DNA of 36,162 nt, taken from the NCBI GenBank assembly GCA_041571435.1, contig JBFFUI010000020.1:1-36162 (forward strand), given 5' to 3'. Of the stretch, positions 1-9,790 are shown piece after piece. A program made the position numbers and the translations under genes. This DNA is from Sulfurimonadaceae bacterium. GTDB taxonomy: Bacteria; Campylobacterota; Campylobacteria; Campylobacterales; Sulfurimonadaceae. Each line of letters starts with the position of its first letter. The stretch's first letter is position 1. The notes beneath the pieces were generated by a model, which was given only the letters and a program-made list of their open reading frames with translations, was not told the DNA's origin and ran no database searches.

Positions 1-581
1 CGGTGCAGCACCTCGTTGAGCTTTGCGATCTCCTCTTTGGTGTCGTTCAAGCCTCTGACAAAGAGAATTTCAATAAAGAGTTTACCTTGATAGACATCGC
101 TGAATTCGATGACGGCGTCAACCAGCCTTGAGATGTCTATACCCTCATGCGGACGGTCGATCTTTTTGAAGATATCTGTCGAGACGGCGTCTAGCGAGAG
201 CTTGACCTGATCAAGTTGCAACAGGGTCGTAAAAATATCCCGGTCGACCAGTGCAGCGCTGTTGGTCAGAATAAGCGTCTCTTTGTTGCCTTTGATCTTG
301 TCGATCTCGTGTATAAGCTCTTTGAGATGCGGGTAGAGGGTCGGTTCACCGTTGGCCGTCAGGGTGATCTCATCGATGTTGCTGTGCTCTTCAAGCGCTG
401 CTTTCAGCTCGGCGATGATCGCATTGACAGTCGGTGTTTGCGTTTGGGTGTCTACGGTCGCGGCTGGTGCCAGTTCGCAGTAGAGGCAGTCAAAGTTACA
501 CTGTTTGTGAGTAGGGGAGAGGTCGATGCCCAGTGAGACCCCGAATCTTCGGGAATGGATCGGTCCGAAGATGGTCTTCAC
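1..581 (-). CDS. Radical SAM protein, partial (runs off the window start; not in ORF track)
   Basis: Manual translation from GTG at 581: (M)KTIFGPIHSRRFGVSLGIDLSPTHKQCNFDCLYCEL...TLTANGEPTLYP. CxxxCxxC motif plus GEPT motif; starts 10 nt after the hemE stop. Confidence 0.9.
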   Translation of the reverse strand, partial: MKTIFGPIHSRRFGVSLGIDLSPTHKQCNFDCLYCELAPAATVDTQTQTPTVNAIIAELKAALEEHSNIDEITLTANGEPTLYPHLKELIHEIDKIKGNKETLILTNSAALVDRDIFTTLLQLDQVKLSLDAVSTDIFKKIDRPHEGIDISRLVDAVIEFSDVYQGKLFIEILFVRGLNDTKEEIAKLNEVLH

Positions 582-591
582 TGTGGCCCGT

Positions 592-1638
592 TTACTTTTT
601 AGAGACGCGCTGACACTCTTTGACGAAGTGGATAGCGTTTTCGACAGGGACATCCGGCAGGATACCGTGGCCGAGGTTGAAGATGTGGCGCTCTCCGCCC
701 ATGGTCTCCTGGATCACTTCGACACACTGTGTTGTAGCCTCTTTGGAGTAGAGACGGCACGGTTCCATGTTGCCCTGAAGGACATATTTATCGCCAAGAT
801 ATTTTTTAGCCATAGCCATCGGCGTTGACCAGTCGACACCGAAGACATCAAAATTCCCATAAACAAGGCCGCGTTCAATGAAAGATGCAACCCCTTTTGG
901 GAACATGATGACCGGGATGTGCGGGTACTTCTCTTTAAGGTACTCTGCAATCTCGACCATGTATTTCCATGAGAACTCGTCGTATTTGCCCGGTTCGATC
1001 GCCGCTGCCCATGAGTCGAAGATCTGAACGACATCGACACCGCTTTGGATCTGTTTCTCCATGTAGAGTTTGACTACTTCGGTCACTTTGGCAAGGATGT
1101 TGTGCAGCAGTTCCGGGTTGGAGTAGAGCATCTTTTTACAGATGTTATAGGTTTTGGTCCCCTGACCTTCGATCATGTAGGTGGCCAGTGTCCACGGCGC
1201 ACCGGTAAATCCGATCAAAGCTTTGTCGTCACCGCGCTCGTCAAGCTGTTTACGAAGCAGTTTGATAGTGTCGTAGACGTAGGTCAACTTGTCGGCTGCC
1301 TCTTCGCCGCCGATGAGCTTGTCAAGGTCTTCCTGAGAGGTGATAGGATCACTGAACTTAGGGCCTTCGCCTTTGACAAAAGAGAGGTCCATACCCATTT
1401 CGTCGGGAATGACAAGGATGTCACTGAACAAGATAGCCGCATCAACGCCTACGATGTCAAGCGGTTGAATAGTTACTTCAGCCGCTTTTTCAGGGTCGTG
1501 GCAGAGGTTGAGAAAGTTGCCGGCTTCGGCACGGACTTTCATGTACTCCGGAAGGTAACGGCCGGCCTGGCGCATCATCCAGACCGGGGTGTATGGTGTC
1601 GGTTTGCCAAAACAGGCATCTACAAATATTTTGCTCAT
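592..1638 (-). CDS. hemE: Uroporphyrinogen decarboxylase
   Basis: Signature [44 protein letters not shown]. Confidence 0.98.
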   Translation of the reverse strand: MSKIFVDACFGKPTPYTPVWMMRQAGRYLPEYMKVRAEAGNFLNLCHDPEKAAEVTIQPLDIVGVDAAILFSDILVIPDEMGMDLSFVKGEGPKFSDPITSQEDLDKLIGGEEAADKLTYVYDTIKLLRKQLDERGDDKALIGFTGAPWTLATYMIEGQGTKTYNICKKMLYSNPELLHNILAKVTEVVKLYMEKQIQSGVDVVQIFDSWAAAIEPGKYDEFSWKYMVEIAEYLKEKYPHIPVIMFPKGVASFIERGLVYGNFDVFGVDWSTPMAMAKKYLGDKYVLQGNMEPCRLYSKEATTQCVEVIQETMGGERHIFNLGHGILPDVPVENAIHFVKECQRVSKK

Positions 1639-1671
1639 AAAGTTCCTTGCTATTTTAGAGGTTGCCCTCGA

Positions 1672-1677
1672 ATTATA
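1672..1677 (-). promoter_or_regulatory. Putative sigma70 -10 box (TATAAT) for hemE
   Basis: Plus-strand ATTATA reads TATAAT on minus, about 35 nt upstream of the hemE ATG; AAGGA RBS lies between. Confidence 0.5.
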
Positions 1678-1788
1678 TACGCCTTTGACTCAAAGGGATA
1701 TATCAACGACACTGACGAAAACAGTGTTGTGCTTTAGTGCCACAGCGGCCAGCGCAGTGAAAGGGGCTTGGGCCCTTTCGCGTTCAAA

Positions 1789-2307
1789 TCAGTGTTTCTT
1801 GCCTACTTTACCTAAAAAGTAGAGACCAACAGCAACTGCCGTGATCGAAATCGCAAGATAGAGCATGTCCAATGCCCCGTTGTAATCAGTCTGGCCCACT
1901 TTTTGAAAAAAGCCGACGACCAGCACCATGACGATGACTTTGGAGATCTTGTCTTTTAGCTGGTCAAGAGAGTGGATCGCAAGAAGTTGGTGATCATCAT
2001 CACCTTGATCTTTGGCAGCATCGATGTCTGAGATAAAGAGCTCATAGAGACCAAATGAGAAGAGCAGCATCACGACACCGATAAGGTAAAGGTCGACCGC
2101 TCCGATGATCCCGCCGACAACATCTTCATGGAACCTCTCAGGGTGTGCATGTGCCAGGTAGGTTGTAATAACATGTTTTGCGGTGGCATAGACATCAACA
2201 CTGGCAACGATAAAGAGAACGATTGCGCCGATAAGACCGAAAACAACCGCCAGTATGATTATGAATCTTGAGCTCCAGAGCGTGTTCTCAAATAATTTTT
2301 CCAACAT
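1789..2307 (-). CDS. YqhA/UPF0114 family membrane protein
   Basis: Start taken at MLEKLFENTLW (ATG overlaps the asd stop, TAATG). Hydrophobic helices, VDLYLIGVVMLLFSFGLYELFIS, IHSLDQLKDKI. The upstream part of the ORF-track call overlaps asd and is spurious. Confidence 0.85.
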   Translation of the reverse strand: MLEKLFENTLWSSRFIIILAVVFGLIGAIVLFIVASVDVYATAKHVITTYLAHAHPERFHEDVVGGIIGAVDLYLIGVVMLLFSFGLYELFISDIDAAKDQGDDDHQLLAIHSLDQLKDKISKVIVMVLVVGFFQKVGQTDYNGALDMLYLAISITAVAVGLYFLGKVGKKH

Positions 2308-3338
2308 TACGCTGCCTCCTGCATCGCGACCCATTTCTGGGCAATCCGCACAGCGTTCGTCGCGGCGCCGACACGAAGGTTGTCGGCGACAACGAACATA
2401 TGAAGTACATTGGTTCGGTAGAGGTCTTTGCGGATACGACCGACAAAGGTCTCGTCTTGATCGACACACTCTGCCGGCATCGGGTATTCGCCCGCTTCCG
2501 GATTGTCAATAACCACGATGTTCGGTGCTTTTGCGAGAAGCTCACGTGCCTCAGCCGCATTGACATCACTGTCAAATGTCAATGTCAATGTTTCTGAGTG
2601 ACCGCGAAGAACCGGTACACGGACACAGGTAGCGCTCACTTCGATATCTTTATGCATGATCTTTTTGGTCTCATTGACCATTTTGATCTCCTCTTTGGTA
2701 TAACCATTCTCCTGGAAAACGTCGATCTGCGGGATGACATTGAGCGCGATCTGGTGCGGGAAACTCTTGTGTTCGCTATCAGAAAGTTTAAAAGCAAAGA
2801 AGTCCTGCATCTGGGTTACCAACTCTTCCATCGCCTGCTTTCCGGCACCTGAAGTAGCCTGGTAGGTACTGACATCGACACGCAGGAGGTCATACGCATC
2901 ATCAAGCGGTTTAAGCGCCTGCACCATCTGGATCGTTGAGCAGTTCGGGTTGGCAATGATCCCTTTTGTCTGCCACTGTGCGATATCCTGAGGATTGACC
3001 TCAGGTACGACAAGAGGCACATCCTCATCCATTCTGAAATGGCTGGTGTTATCGATGACAACGGCACCTGCTTTGGCGGCAAAAGGAGCATATTTGGCAG
3101 ACACAGAGCCGCCTGCCGAGAAGAGGGCGATATCGATCTCCTCTTCGTCGAAAACAGTCTCTGTCAGCTCTTTAATAACGATCTCTTTGCCGTTAAACTC
3201 TACGGTATTGCCTGCACTCCTGCTACTTGCGAGAGGAACAAGTTTGTTAAGCGGAAAATCGATCTCTTCTAAAATACGTAATATCTCTTCACCGACGGCG
3301 CCGCTTGCACCGACAACTGCTACATTGTAGTTAGCCAT
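2307..3338 (-). CDS. asd: Aspartate-semialdehyde dehydrogenase
   Basis: GASGAVG Rossmann motif, catalytic NPNCST, CVRVPVLRGHS, DNLRVGAATNAV. Confidence 0.98.
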   Translation of the reverse strand: MANYNVAVVGASGAVGEEILRILEEIDFPLNKLVPLASSRSAGNTVEFNGKEIVIKELTETVFDEEEIDIALFSAGGSVSAKYAPFAAKAGAVVIDNTSHFRMDEDVPLVVPEVNPQDIAQWQTKGIIANPNCSTIQMVQALKPLDDAYDLLRVDVSTYQATSGAGKQAMEELVTQMQDFFAFKLSDSEHKSFPHQIALNVIPQIDVFQENGYTKEEIKMVNETKKIMHKDIEVSATCVRVPVLRGHSETLTLTFDSDVNAAEARELLAKAPNIVVIDNPEAGEYPMPAECVDQDETFVGRIRKDLYRTNVLHMFVVADNLRVGAATNAVRIAQKWVAMQEAA

Positions 3339-3438
3339 CTATTTTTCCTTACACTGATATAAATCTTCTAAAATTATTTTGAAATGATAACCAATTCATT
3401 TTAAATGGTTATCTTCTTGTGATGAAGAGAGGACTCTT

Positions 3439-5982
3439 TTAGAAAAGAGTGTCTTTACCTTCATCATCGACTTCCGGTGTCGGTTGGTCTTCACTGTTTG
3501 ATGATACTGCAGTTGATTCTTCAGTCTCATCATCATCGTCATCCTCAGGTTTGTCGATCTTAGGACAACGTGCGATATTGACGACATCGTCACCTTTGAC
3601 GATATAGACGCCGGAGGTATTACGGCTTGACTTCGAGATACTTTGCATATCGACACGGATCATTTTGCCCTCTTTGGTCAGGGCCATCATATCCATCTGC
3701 TCATCGACCATAACGGCACCGACAACACTGTTACCAGTTTTCTGGTTCAGTTTCATCGCGATGACACCGGAACCGGCACGGTTTGTCAGACGGTATTCAG
3801 CAGCTGTCGTACGCTTGCCGATACCTTTTTCACTGACCGTCAGGATCTCTTGCTCGTCACTATCGATAACATTCGCATCGACGACTTTATCGCCTTCGTG
3901 TTTGAACTTGATACCTCGGACACCACGGGTGCTTCTACCCTGGTCACGCGTCTTCTCAATCTCGAACTTGATACACTGCGCTTTTTTCGTCAGGATAAAG
4001 AGGTACTTGGTCGCTGCCGTTGCGATTTTCGCTGTGATCAGCGCGTCATTGTCGTCAAGTACGATCGCACGGACACCATTGCTTCTGATATTTGAGAACT
4101 CAGAAAGTTTGGTACGTTTGACAATACCCTGTTTTGTAAAGAAGACCACGGATTTCTCATCACTGAAGTCGGTCGTCGGGAGGATCGAACGGATCTTCTC
4201 ATCAGGAAGAAGGTTGATCAGGTTGACCACGGCCTTGCCTTTTGCCGTACGTGAGCCCTCAGGAATACGGTAGACCTTGAGCCAGTGCAGTTGACCGCGG
4301 TCGGTGATGAACATCAACGTGTCGTGTGTCATACAGGTAAAGAAGTTTTTGATGAAGTCGTCATCATAGGTGGTAACGGCAGTTTTTCCCTTACCGCCGC
4401 GGCGTTGTTTCTCGTACTGCGCAAGCGGCACACGCTTGATGTAACCACGGTGAGTGATGGTGACGACCATCGGCTCGTTCGGGATCAGGTCTTCGATGTC
4501 GATGTCGTCATAGTTGTCTTCAAGCTCAGTACGGCGTTTGCCCTCATAGATATCATAGACTTCGGTAAGCTCATCACTGATGATCCCTTTAAGGATCTCT
4601 TCACTTTTGAGGATGGACTCAAGGTACTCGATCAGTTCAAGCACTTCACGCAGTTCGTTCTCGATCTTCTCACGCTCGAGGCCTGTCAGTTTCTGAAGAC
4701 GCATGTCGAGGATGGCCTGAGCCTGGATAGCCGAGAAGTCAAACTCGCTCATCAGCCCTTCTTTGGCCTCCTCGGTGTTCTTGCTGGCACGGATCAGCTT
4801 GATGATCTCTTCGATGTGATCAAGTGCTTTTTTAAGACCTTCGAGGATATGCGCTTTGGCCTTCGCTTTTTCGAGGTCGAAGATCGTGCGGCGGATGATG
4901 ACCGTTTTACGGTGGTTCAAAAAGTGCTGCAGCATCTCGATCAGGGTAAAGACACGCGGCTCCTGGTTAAGGATCGAGAGCATGATGATACCGAAGGTCG
5001 TCTGCATATTGGTCGATTTGAAGAGATTGTTCAGGACGATCTCGCTCATCGCATCGCGTTTGAGCTCGATGACGACGCGGATACCTTCACGGTCGGACTC
5101 GTCGCGGATGTCGGAGATCCCTTCGATCTGCTTGTCTTTGACCAGGTTGGCGATGCTTTCGATCAAACGCGACTTGTTGACCATATATGGAAGCTCATCG
5201 ATGACGATGATGTCTTTTTTGCCTTTGATCTCGGTGTGGGTCTTGGCACGTACTTTGATACGCCCGCGACCTGTCTCATAGGCATCCATGATCCCTTTTT
5301 TACCGTAGATTGTACCGCCCGTCGGGAAGTCGGGCCCCTGGATATGCTCCATAAGTTCCGGAAGTGTTACATCCGGGTTTTCCAGCATAAGGCGAAGTGC
5401 AGCGATGACCTCATGAGGGTTATGCGGTGGGATGTTGGTCGCCATACCGACCGCGATTCCCGAAGAACCGTTGATAAGAAGGTTTGGTACACGTGTCGGA
5501 AGAACGTCAGGCTCCTGCGTCGTACCGTCGTAGTTGTCGATCATGTTGACCGTCTCTTTATCCAGGTCTTTGAGCATTTCGCCCGCATACTTGGTCATAC
5601 GTGCTTCGGTATAACGCATCGCTGCCGCGTTGTCGCCGTCGACAGAACCGAAGTTACCCTGGCCATCAACCAGTTCCATGCGCATCGAGAAAGGCTGCGC
5701 CATACGGACAAGCGCGTCGTAGACGGCCGTGTCGCCGTGCGGGTGGTACTGACCGATAACGTCACCGACGATACGCGCCGACTTTTTATACTTAGCCCCG
5801 GCAGAGAGGTTGAGCTTGTCCATCGCATAAAGTATACGGCGGTGGACCGGCTTAAGACCGTCTCGTACATCCGGAAGGGCACGTCCGATGATAACACTCA
5901 TCGAGTAGTCAAGATAACTTGACTTCAGGGTGTCTTCAATATTTATGTTTTCAATATCGCTTGGTTCTATCATATCGCTCAT
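3439..5982 (-). CDS. gyrA: DNA gyrase subunit A
   Basis: [26 protein letters not shown], catalytic AAMRYTE, GyrA-box QRRGGKG, acidic C-terminal tail. Confidence 0.99.
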   Translation of the reverse strand: MSDMIEPSDIENINIEDTLKSSYLDYSMSVIIGRALPDVRDGLKPVHRRILYAMDKLNLSAGAKYKKSARIVGDVIGQYHPHGDTAVYDALVRMAQPFSMRMELVDGQGNFGSVDGDNAAAMRYTEARMTKYAGEMLKDLDKETVNMIDNYDGTTQEPDVLPTRVPNLLINGSSGIAVGMATNIPPHNPHEVIAALRLMLENPDVTLPELMEHIQGPDFPTGGTIYGKKGIMDAYETGRGRIKVRAKTHTEIKGKKDIIVIDELPYMVNKSRLIESIANLVKDKQIEGISDIRDESDREGIRVVIELKRDAMSEIVLNNLFKSTNMQTTFGIIMLSILNQEPRVFTLIEMLQHFLNHRKTVIIRRTIFDLEKAKAKAHILEGLKKALDHIEEIIKLIRASKNTEEAKEGLMSEFDFSAIQAQAILDMRLQKLTGLEREKIENELREVLELIEYLESILKSEEILKGIISDELTEVYDIYEGKRRTELEDNYDDIDIEDLIPNEPMVVTITHRGYIKRVPLAQYEKQRRGGKGKTAVTTYDDDFIKNFFTCMTHDTLMFITDRGQLHWLKVYRIPEGSRTAKGKAVVNLINLLPDEKIRSILPTTDFSDEKSVVFFTKQGIVKRTKLSEFSNIRSNGVRAIVLDDNDALITAKIATAATKYLFILTKKAQCIKFEIEKTRDQGRSTRGVRGIKFKHEGDKVVDANVIDSDEQEILTVSEKGIGKRTTAAEYRLTNRAGSGVIAMKLNQKTGNSVVGAVMVDEQMDMMALTKEGKMIRVDMQSISKSSRNTSGVYIVKGDDVVNIARCPKIDKPEDDDDDETEESTAVSSNSEDQPTPEVDDEGKDTLF

Positions 5983-6307
5983 TACTTACCTTTGAACCTA
6001 AATTTGAGTGATAATACATAAAAGTGCCTTAAAGGTATCTCTAAATGCCGTATAGAGCACAATTTGTATTTTTAAGCGTTCCTTAAAAAAAGTCAAAAAG
6101 CCGTATTTTCAAAATATAGTGCATTTTGCACCATGACTTTTTAGCCGGATATAAGAGTTGTCTGTTTACTACAATATAGGAAATCAGATGCAGGTTTCTA
6201 ATGAAAAATAGAACAATAAACCTGATTAAAAAATAGGCAGTGATAATAACAAGGCGTTATAAATCTATCATATACTACGTCTTGAAATTAACAACAAAGG
6301 AGTAAGA

Positions 6308-7609
6308 ATGAAAAAGTTCTTATTGGCTCTACTTCTTTTGCCGACATTCGTGTTTGCAGAAGATACACTCAGCGCAGGTGATACAGCATGGATGATGGTT
6401 TCGACTGCATTTGTACTATTGATGACACCTGCTGGTCTTGCACTATTTTATGCGGGTATGACACGCAGTAAAAATATCCTTAACACATATGCTATGGTTT
6501 TGGGCGCTTTCGTCGTCGCTTTCATTGTATGGATCATTGCCGGTTATTCGATCGCATTCGGTACGGCTGACAATGCAACGGTTCAAAATGTGTTTGGTGG
6601 TTTAGGCCATATTATGCTTAACGGAATCGCGTGGAATGACTTGAGTGGTACTTACCCTTCTTATGTCTTTATCGTGTTCCAGGGTACTTTTGCGGCTATT
6701 ACTGTTGCGATCGCTGCCGGTTCAGTGATCGAGCGTATTAAGTTCTCGACTTGGTTGGTGTTCGTAGCTATCTGGGGACTTGTTGTTTATGCTCCTGTTA
6801 CTCACATGGTATGGGGCGGAGACGGTGCACTTCTTTTTGATGCTGGTGCACTTGACTTTGCCGGTGGTACAGTTGTACACATGAATGGTGGTCTTGCTGG
6901 TCTTGTTCTTGCTTACCTTGTTGGTAAACGTAACGGTTACCCGACAACTGCAATGAAACCTGCAAGTGTAATCCTGACAGCAGTCGGTGCAGCACTTCTA
7001 TGGTTCGGTTGGTATGGATTCAACGGTGGTTCTGCATTCGGTGCAAATGAAATCGCTGGTCTTGCTTACATGACAACAACGATCGCTGCTTCAATCGCTG
7101 CTATCACATGGATGGCCCTTGAGTGGTTCGTGTACAAAAAGCCGACACTTCTTGGTGCAGCTACAGGTGTGATCGCCGGTCTAGTTGCGATCACTCCAGC
7201 AGCCGGTTTTGTGAGCGTTGGCGGTGCATTCGCTATCGGTATCATCGGAACGCTTATCGCATTCTTCGGTGTGGTTGTACTGAAGAAGAAACTTGGTTAT
7301 GACGACTCTCTTGATGCCTTCGGTGTTCACTTTTTGGCTGGTCTATGGGGTGCGATCGCAACAGGTATCTTTGCTCTTAACGACCAAGATCTTCTTTGGG
7401 ACGGTCCACTTAAAGCGAGCGGTGACCGTATGGGACAACTTTTTGTTCAGTTCGAATCAGTCCTAGTCGTTGGTTTGTTCACACTTATCGGTACGGTTGT
7501 GGTCTACTACATCGCAGTACTATTGACTGGCGGTAAACGTGTAAGCGAAGACGAAGAGGCTATGGGTCTTGACGAAGCAGTACACGGTGAGCGCGGATTC
7601 AACCTGTAA
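6308..7609 (+). CDS. amtB: Ammonium transporter, AmtB-like with N-terminal signal peptide
   Basis: PAGLALFYAG, DFAGGTVVH, WFGWYGFNGGS, GLVAITPAAG, DDSLDAFGVH; both pore His present; AAGGAG RBS. Confidence 0.97.
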   Translation: MKKFLLALLLLPTFVFAEDTLSAGDTAWMMVSTAFVLLMTPAGLALFYAGMTRSKNILNTYAMVLGAFVVAFIVWIIAGYSIAFGTADNATVQNVFGGLGHIMLNGIAWNDLSGTYPSYVFIVFQGTFAAITVAIAAGSVIERIKFSTWLVFVAIWGLVVYAPVTHMVWGGDGALLFDAGALDFAGGTVVHMNGGLAGLVLAYLVGKRNGYPTTAMKPASVILTAVGAALLWFGWYGFNGGSAFGANEIAGLAYMTTTIAASIAAITWMALEWFVYKKPTLLGAATGVIAGLVAITPAAGFVSVGGAFAIGIIGTLIAFFGVVVLKKKLGYDDSLDAFGVHFLAGLWGAIATGIFALNDQDLLWDGPLKASGDRMGQLFVQFESVLVVGLFTLIGTVVVYYIAVLLTGGKRVSEDEEAMGLDEAVHGERGFNL

Positions 7610-7639
7610 GGGTTGGTCTTAGCCATACTCTAATATCAA

Positions 7640-7656
7640 AAGTGTATAATGCACTT
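7640..7656 (+). promoter_or_regulatory. Putative internal promoter for the PII gene: TATAAT inside an imperfect palindrome
   Basis: AAGTGTATAATGCACTT with TATAAT at 7645-7650, 40 nt before the ATG. Confidence 0.5.
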
Positions 7657-7660
7657 ATGA

Positions 7661-8029
<369 letters not shown>

Positions 8030-8038
8030 GTCGCAGCC

Positions 8039-8064
8039 GGTCTGCCCTCTAGGGTATCGGCGCA
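8039..8064. repeat. REP-like hairpin repeat, copy 1
   Basis: GGTCTGCCC-TCTA-GGGTATCG-GCGCA; identical to 9530-9555 outside the 4-nt loop. Confidence 0.75.
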
Positions 8065-8338
8065 GGGGTCAGCCCCTTGGCTTTATTGTACAAGCGTTCA
8101 ACTCTTGGCGTATTAAATTACGCCGTCGGTTGAACATTTGCACGATCTACAACTTATAGGGTTTGTAGAACTTTTATAATTCTTCCTCTTACGCATAACA
8201 TTGCATTAAAACCAAACAAATCGTATTCCAAACACCTCATTCAGCACCCGCTTTAATCTACAATTACTGATGCTTTGTATAAAATGACAATAATGTTATT
8301 ACTTTAGGATTGATGACATACTCTTACAAAGGCTTTAT

Positions 8339-9514
8339 GTGCTCGAATCTGATTTTACCTATATCATTGACACCTTCTTTACACTCTTTGCGATGACCCT
8401 GATCATCTTTATGGTTCCAGGCTTTGCTATGCTTGAGGCGGGACTTGTCCGTACCAAGAACGTTACGTCGGTATTGACGATCAATACGATGATCTATGCC
8501 GTGGCCTCTCTGGCCTTTTTGCTTATCGGGTACACTTTGGCATTCGGTTCATGGGAGAACAGCTCCATGAGTATGTGGGCTACTTTTATGTTCCAGATGG
8601 CCTTTGTCGGCAAGACGGTCAACATTATGAGCGGCGGTGTGAGCGAACGTGTCCGTATTATTCCGCTGGCGATCTTTACCGTTGTGATGGGTGCGCTGAT
8701 CTACCCGACCATCGTGAACATCTCATGGGGTGCAAACTTCCTTGACGGTACCTTCCTGGACCTGAACATGTATGATCTGGCCGGCTCGACTGTGATCCAC
8801 TCGACGGGGGGATGGGCGCTGTTGGCGGCAATCATGGTTATCGGTGCGCGTAAAGGACGTTATGTCGATGGCAAGATCCGTGTTATTCCTGCGTCTAACA
8901 TTCCGCTTGTCGTCCTGGGCGCTTTCCTGCTCTGGATCGGATGGTTTGGTTTCAACGGCGGTTCAGTTGGATCGATCGCGTCTAAAGAGAATGCGGATGC
9001 CGTTGCCTTGACGATCATGAACACCAATACAGCCGGTCTTGCCGGTGCGATTATCGCCGGTGTCCTGATGTATATACGTTACCGTCTCTTTGATATCACA
9101 ATGATCCTCAATGGTGCACTGGGCGGCCTTGTCGCGGTGACGGCCGGACCGGATCTTTACGACATGTACACACCGATCCTGGTCGGCGGTATCGGCGGTC
9201 TGCTGGTCGTCTTTGCCGTACCGATGTTTGACAAACTGCGTCTGGACGACCCGGTCGGTGCCCTTTCGGTCCACTTGGTCAACGGTATCTGGGGGACATT
9301 GGCCGTCGGTATCTTTGTCGCCGATGTCTCGTTCATGGATCAGCTGAAAGGGGTCGTAGTCGTCGCTGCTTTTGTCTTCCCGGTTTCGTTTATTGTGCTT
9401 TATTTGATCAACATGGTCGTCAAGTTCAGAGCCGAGGACGATATGCAGGTCCAGGGAATGGACGTCACCGAGTGCGGGGTCGAAGCCTTCCCAGAGTTCA
9501 AACGCGCTATTTAA
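8339..9514 (+). CDS. amt: Second, divergent ammonium transporter
   Basis: PGFAMLEAGLVRTKN, DLAGSTVIH, WIGWFGFNGGS, DDPVGALSVH; GTG start, no signal peptide. Confidence 0.95.
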   Translation: MLESDFTYIIDTFFTLFAMTLIIFMVPGFAMLEAGLVRTKNVTSVLTINTMIYAVASLAFLLIGYTLAFGSWENSSMSMWATFMFQMAFVGKTVNIMSGGVSERVRIIPLAIFTVVMGALIYPTIVNISWGANFLDGTFLDLNMYDLAGSTVIHSTGGWALLAAIMVIGARKGRYVDGKIRVIPASNIPLVVLGAFLLWIGWFGFNGGSVGSIASKENADAVALTIMNTNTAGLAGAIIAGVLMYIRYRLFDITMILNGALGGLVAVTAGPDLYDMYTPILVGGIGGLLVVFAVPMFDKLRLDDPVGALSVHLVNGIWGTLAVGIFVADVSFMDQLKGVVVVAAFVFPVSFIVLYLINMVVKFRAEDDMQVQGMDVTECGVEAFPEFKRAI

Positions 9515-9516
9515 AC

Positions 9517-9678
9517 TAAAAGTTCCATGGGTCTGCCCCTTCGGGTATCGGCGCATCTTGCGTCCAACTCAGACTCTCTACGCACAGTAGTGCGCTATCG
9601 GTCAGAACTAAACACAATCTCCATCAAAACAAGGGTACCGTTTGCGTAGCGATGGTTCCTCGAAATCTGGAACTTTTA
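9517..9678. mobile_element. MITE-like or structured element bounded by 11-bp perfect inverted repeats
   Basis: TAAAAGTTCCA (9517-9527) and TGGAACTTTTA (9668-9678); non-coding interior with several hairpins and repeat copy 2. Confidence 0.45.
9530..9555. repeat. REP-like hairpin repeat, copy 2
   Basis: GGTCTGCCC-CTTC-GGGTATCG-GCGCA. Confidence 0.75.
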
Positions 9679-9706
9679 ACAGTTTAAGCGCGGGTGAAGA
9701 TGAACT

Positions 9707-9727
9707 GGTCTGCCCCTTTTGGTATCG
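9707..9727. repeat. REP-like hairpin repeat, copy 3
   Basis: GGTCTGCCC-CTTT-TGGTATCG, enclosed by an outer stem AAGATGA/TCATCTT. Confidence 0.7.
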
Positions 9728-9744
9728 TCATCTTTTCAACATTC

Positions 9745-9784
9745 AACACTTCTAACACTTCTGTAACACTTGTACCTGTATAAT
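9745..9784 (+). promoter_or_regulatory. tonB promoter: three AACACTT direct repeats and a TATAAT -10 box
   Basis: AACACTT at 9745, 9754 and 9765; TATAAT at 9779-9784, 6 nt before ATG 9791. Confidence 0.6.
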
Positions 9785-9790
9785 TCTTTT

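Noticed and set aside
1711-1730. CTGACGA...GAAA resembling a hammerhead ribozyme core
   Set aside because: No stem II between CUGANGA and GAAA; the sequence is a simple hairpin.
2308-2469. Cys/Arg-rich N-terminal extension of the yqhA ORF
   Set aside because: Lies inside asd in another frame; the real start is the coupled ATG at 2307.
5715-5750. GyrA quinolone-resistance region
   Set aside because: HGDTAVYD carries the Thr and Asp that are wild type in Campylobacterota; no resistance allele is evident.
4285-5922. 545-aa ORF antisense to gyrA, and similar antisense ORFs over hemE, pgm, pepN and sqr
   Set aside because: Shadow frames produced by codon bias of the real genes; no recognisable domains.
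8039-9727. Repeat copies read as a CRISPR array
   Set aside because: Irregular spacing (about 1.5 kb and 0.18 kb), variable centre and no cas genes.
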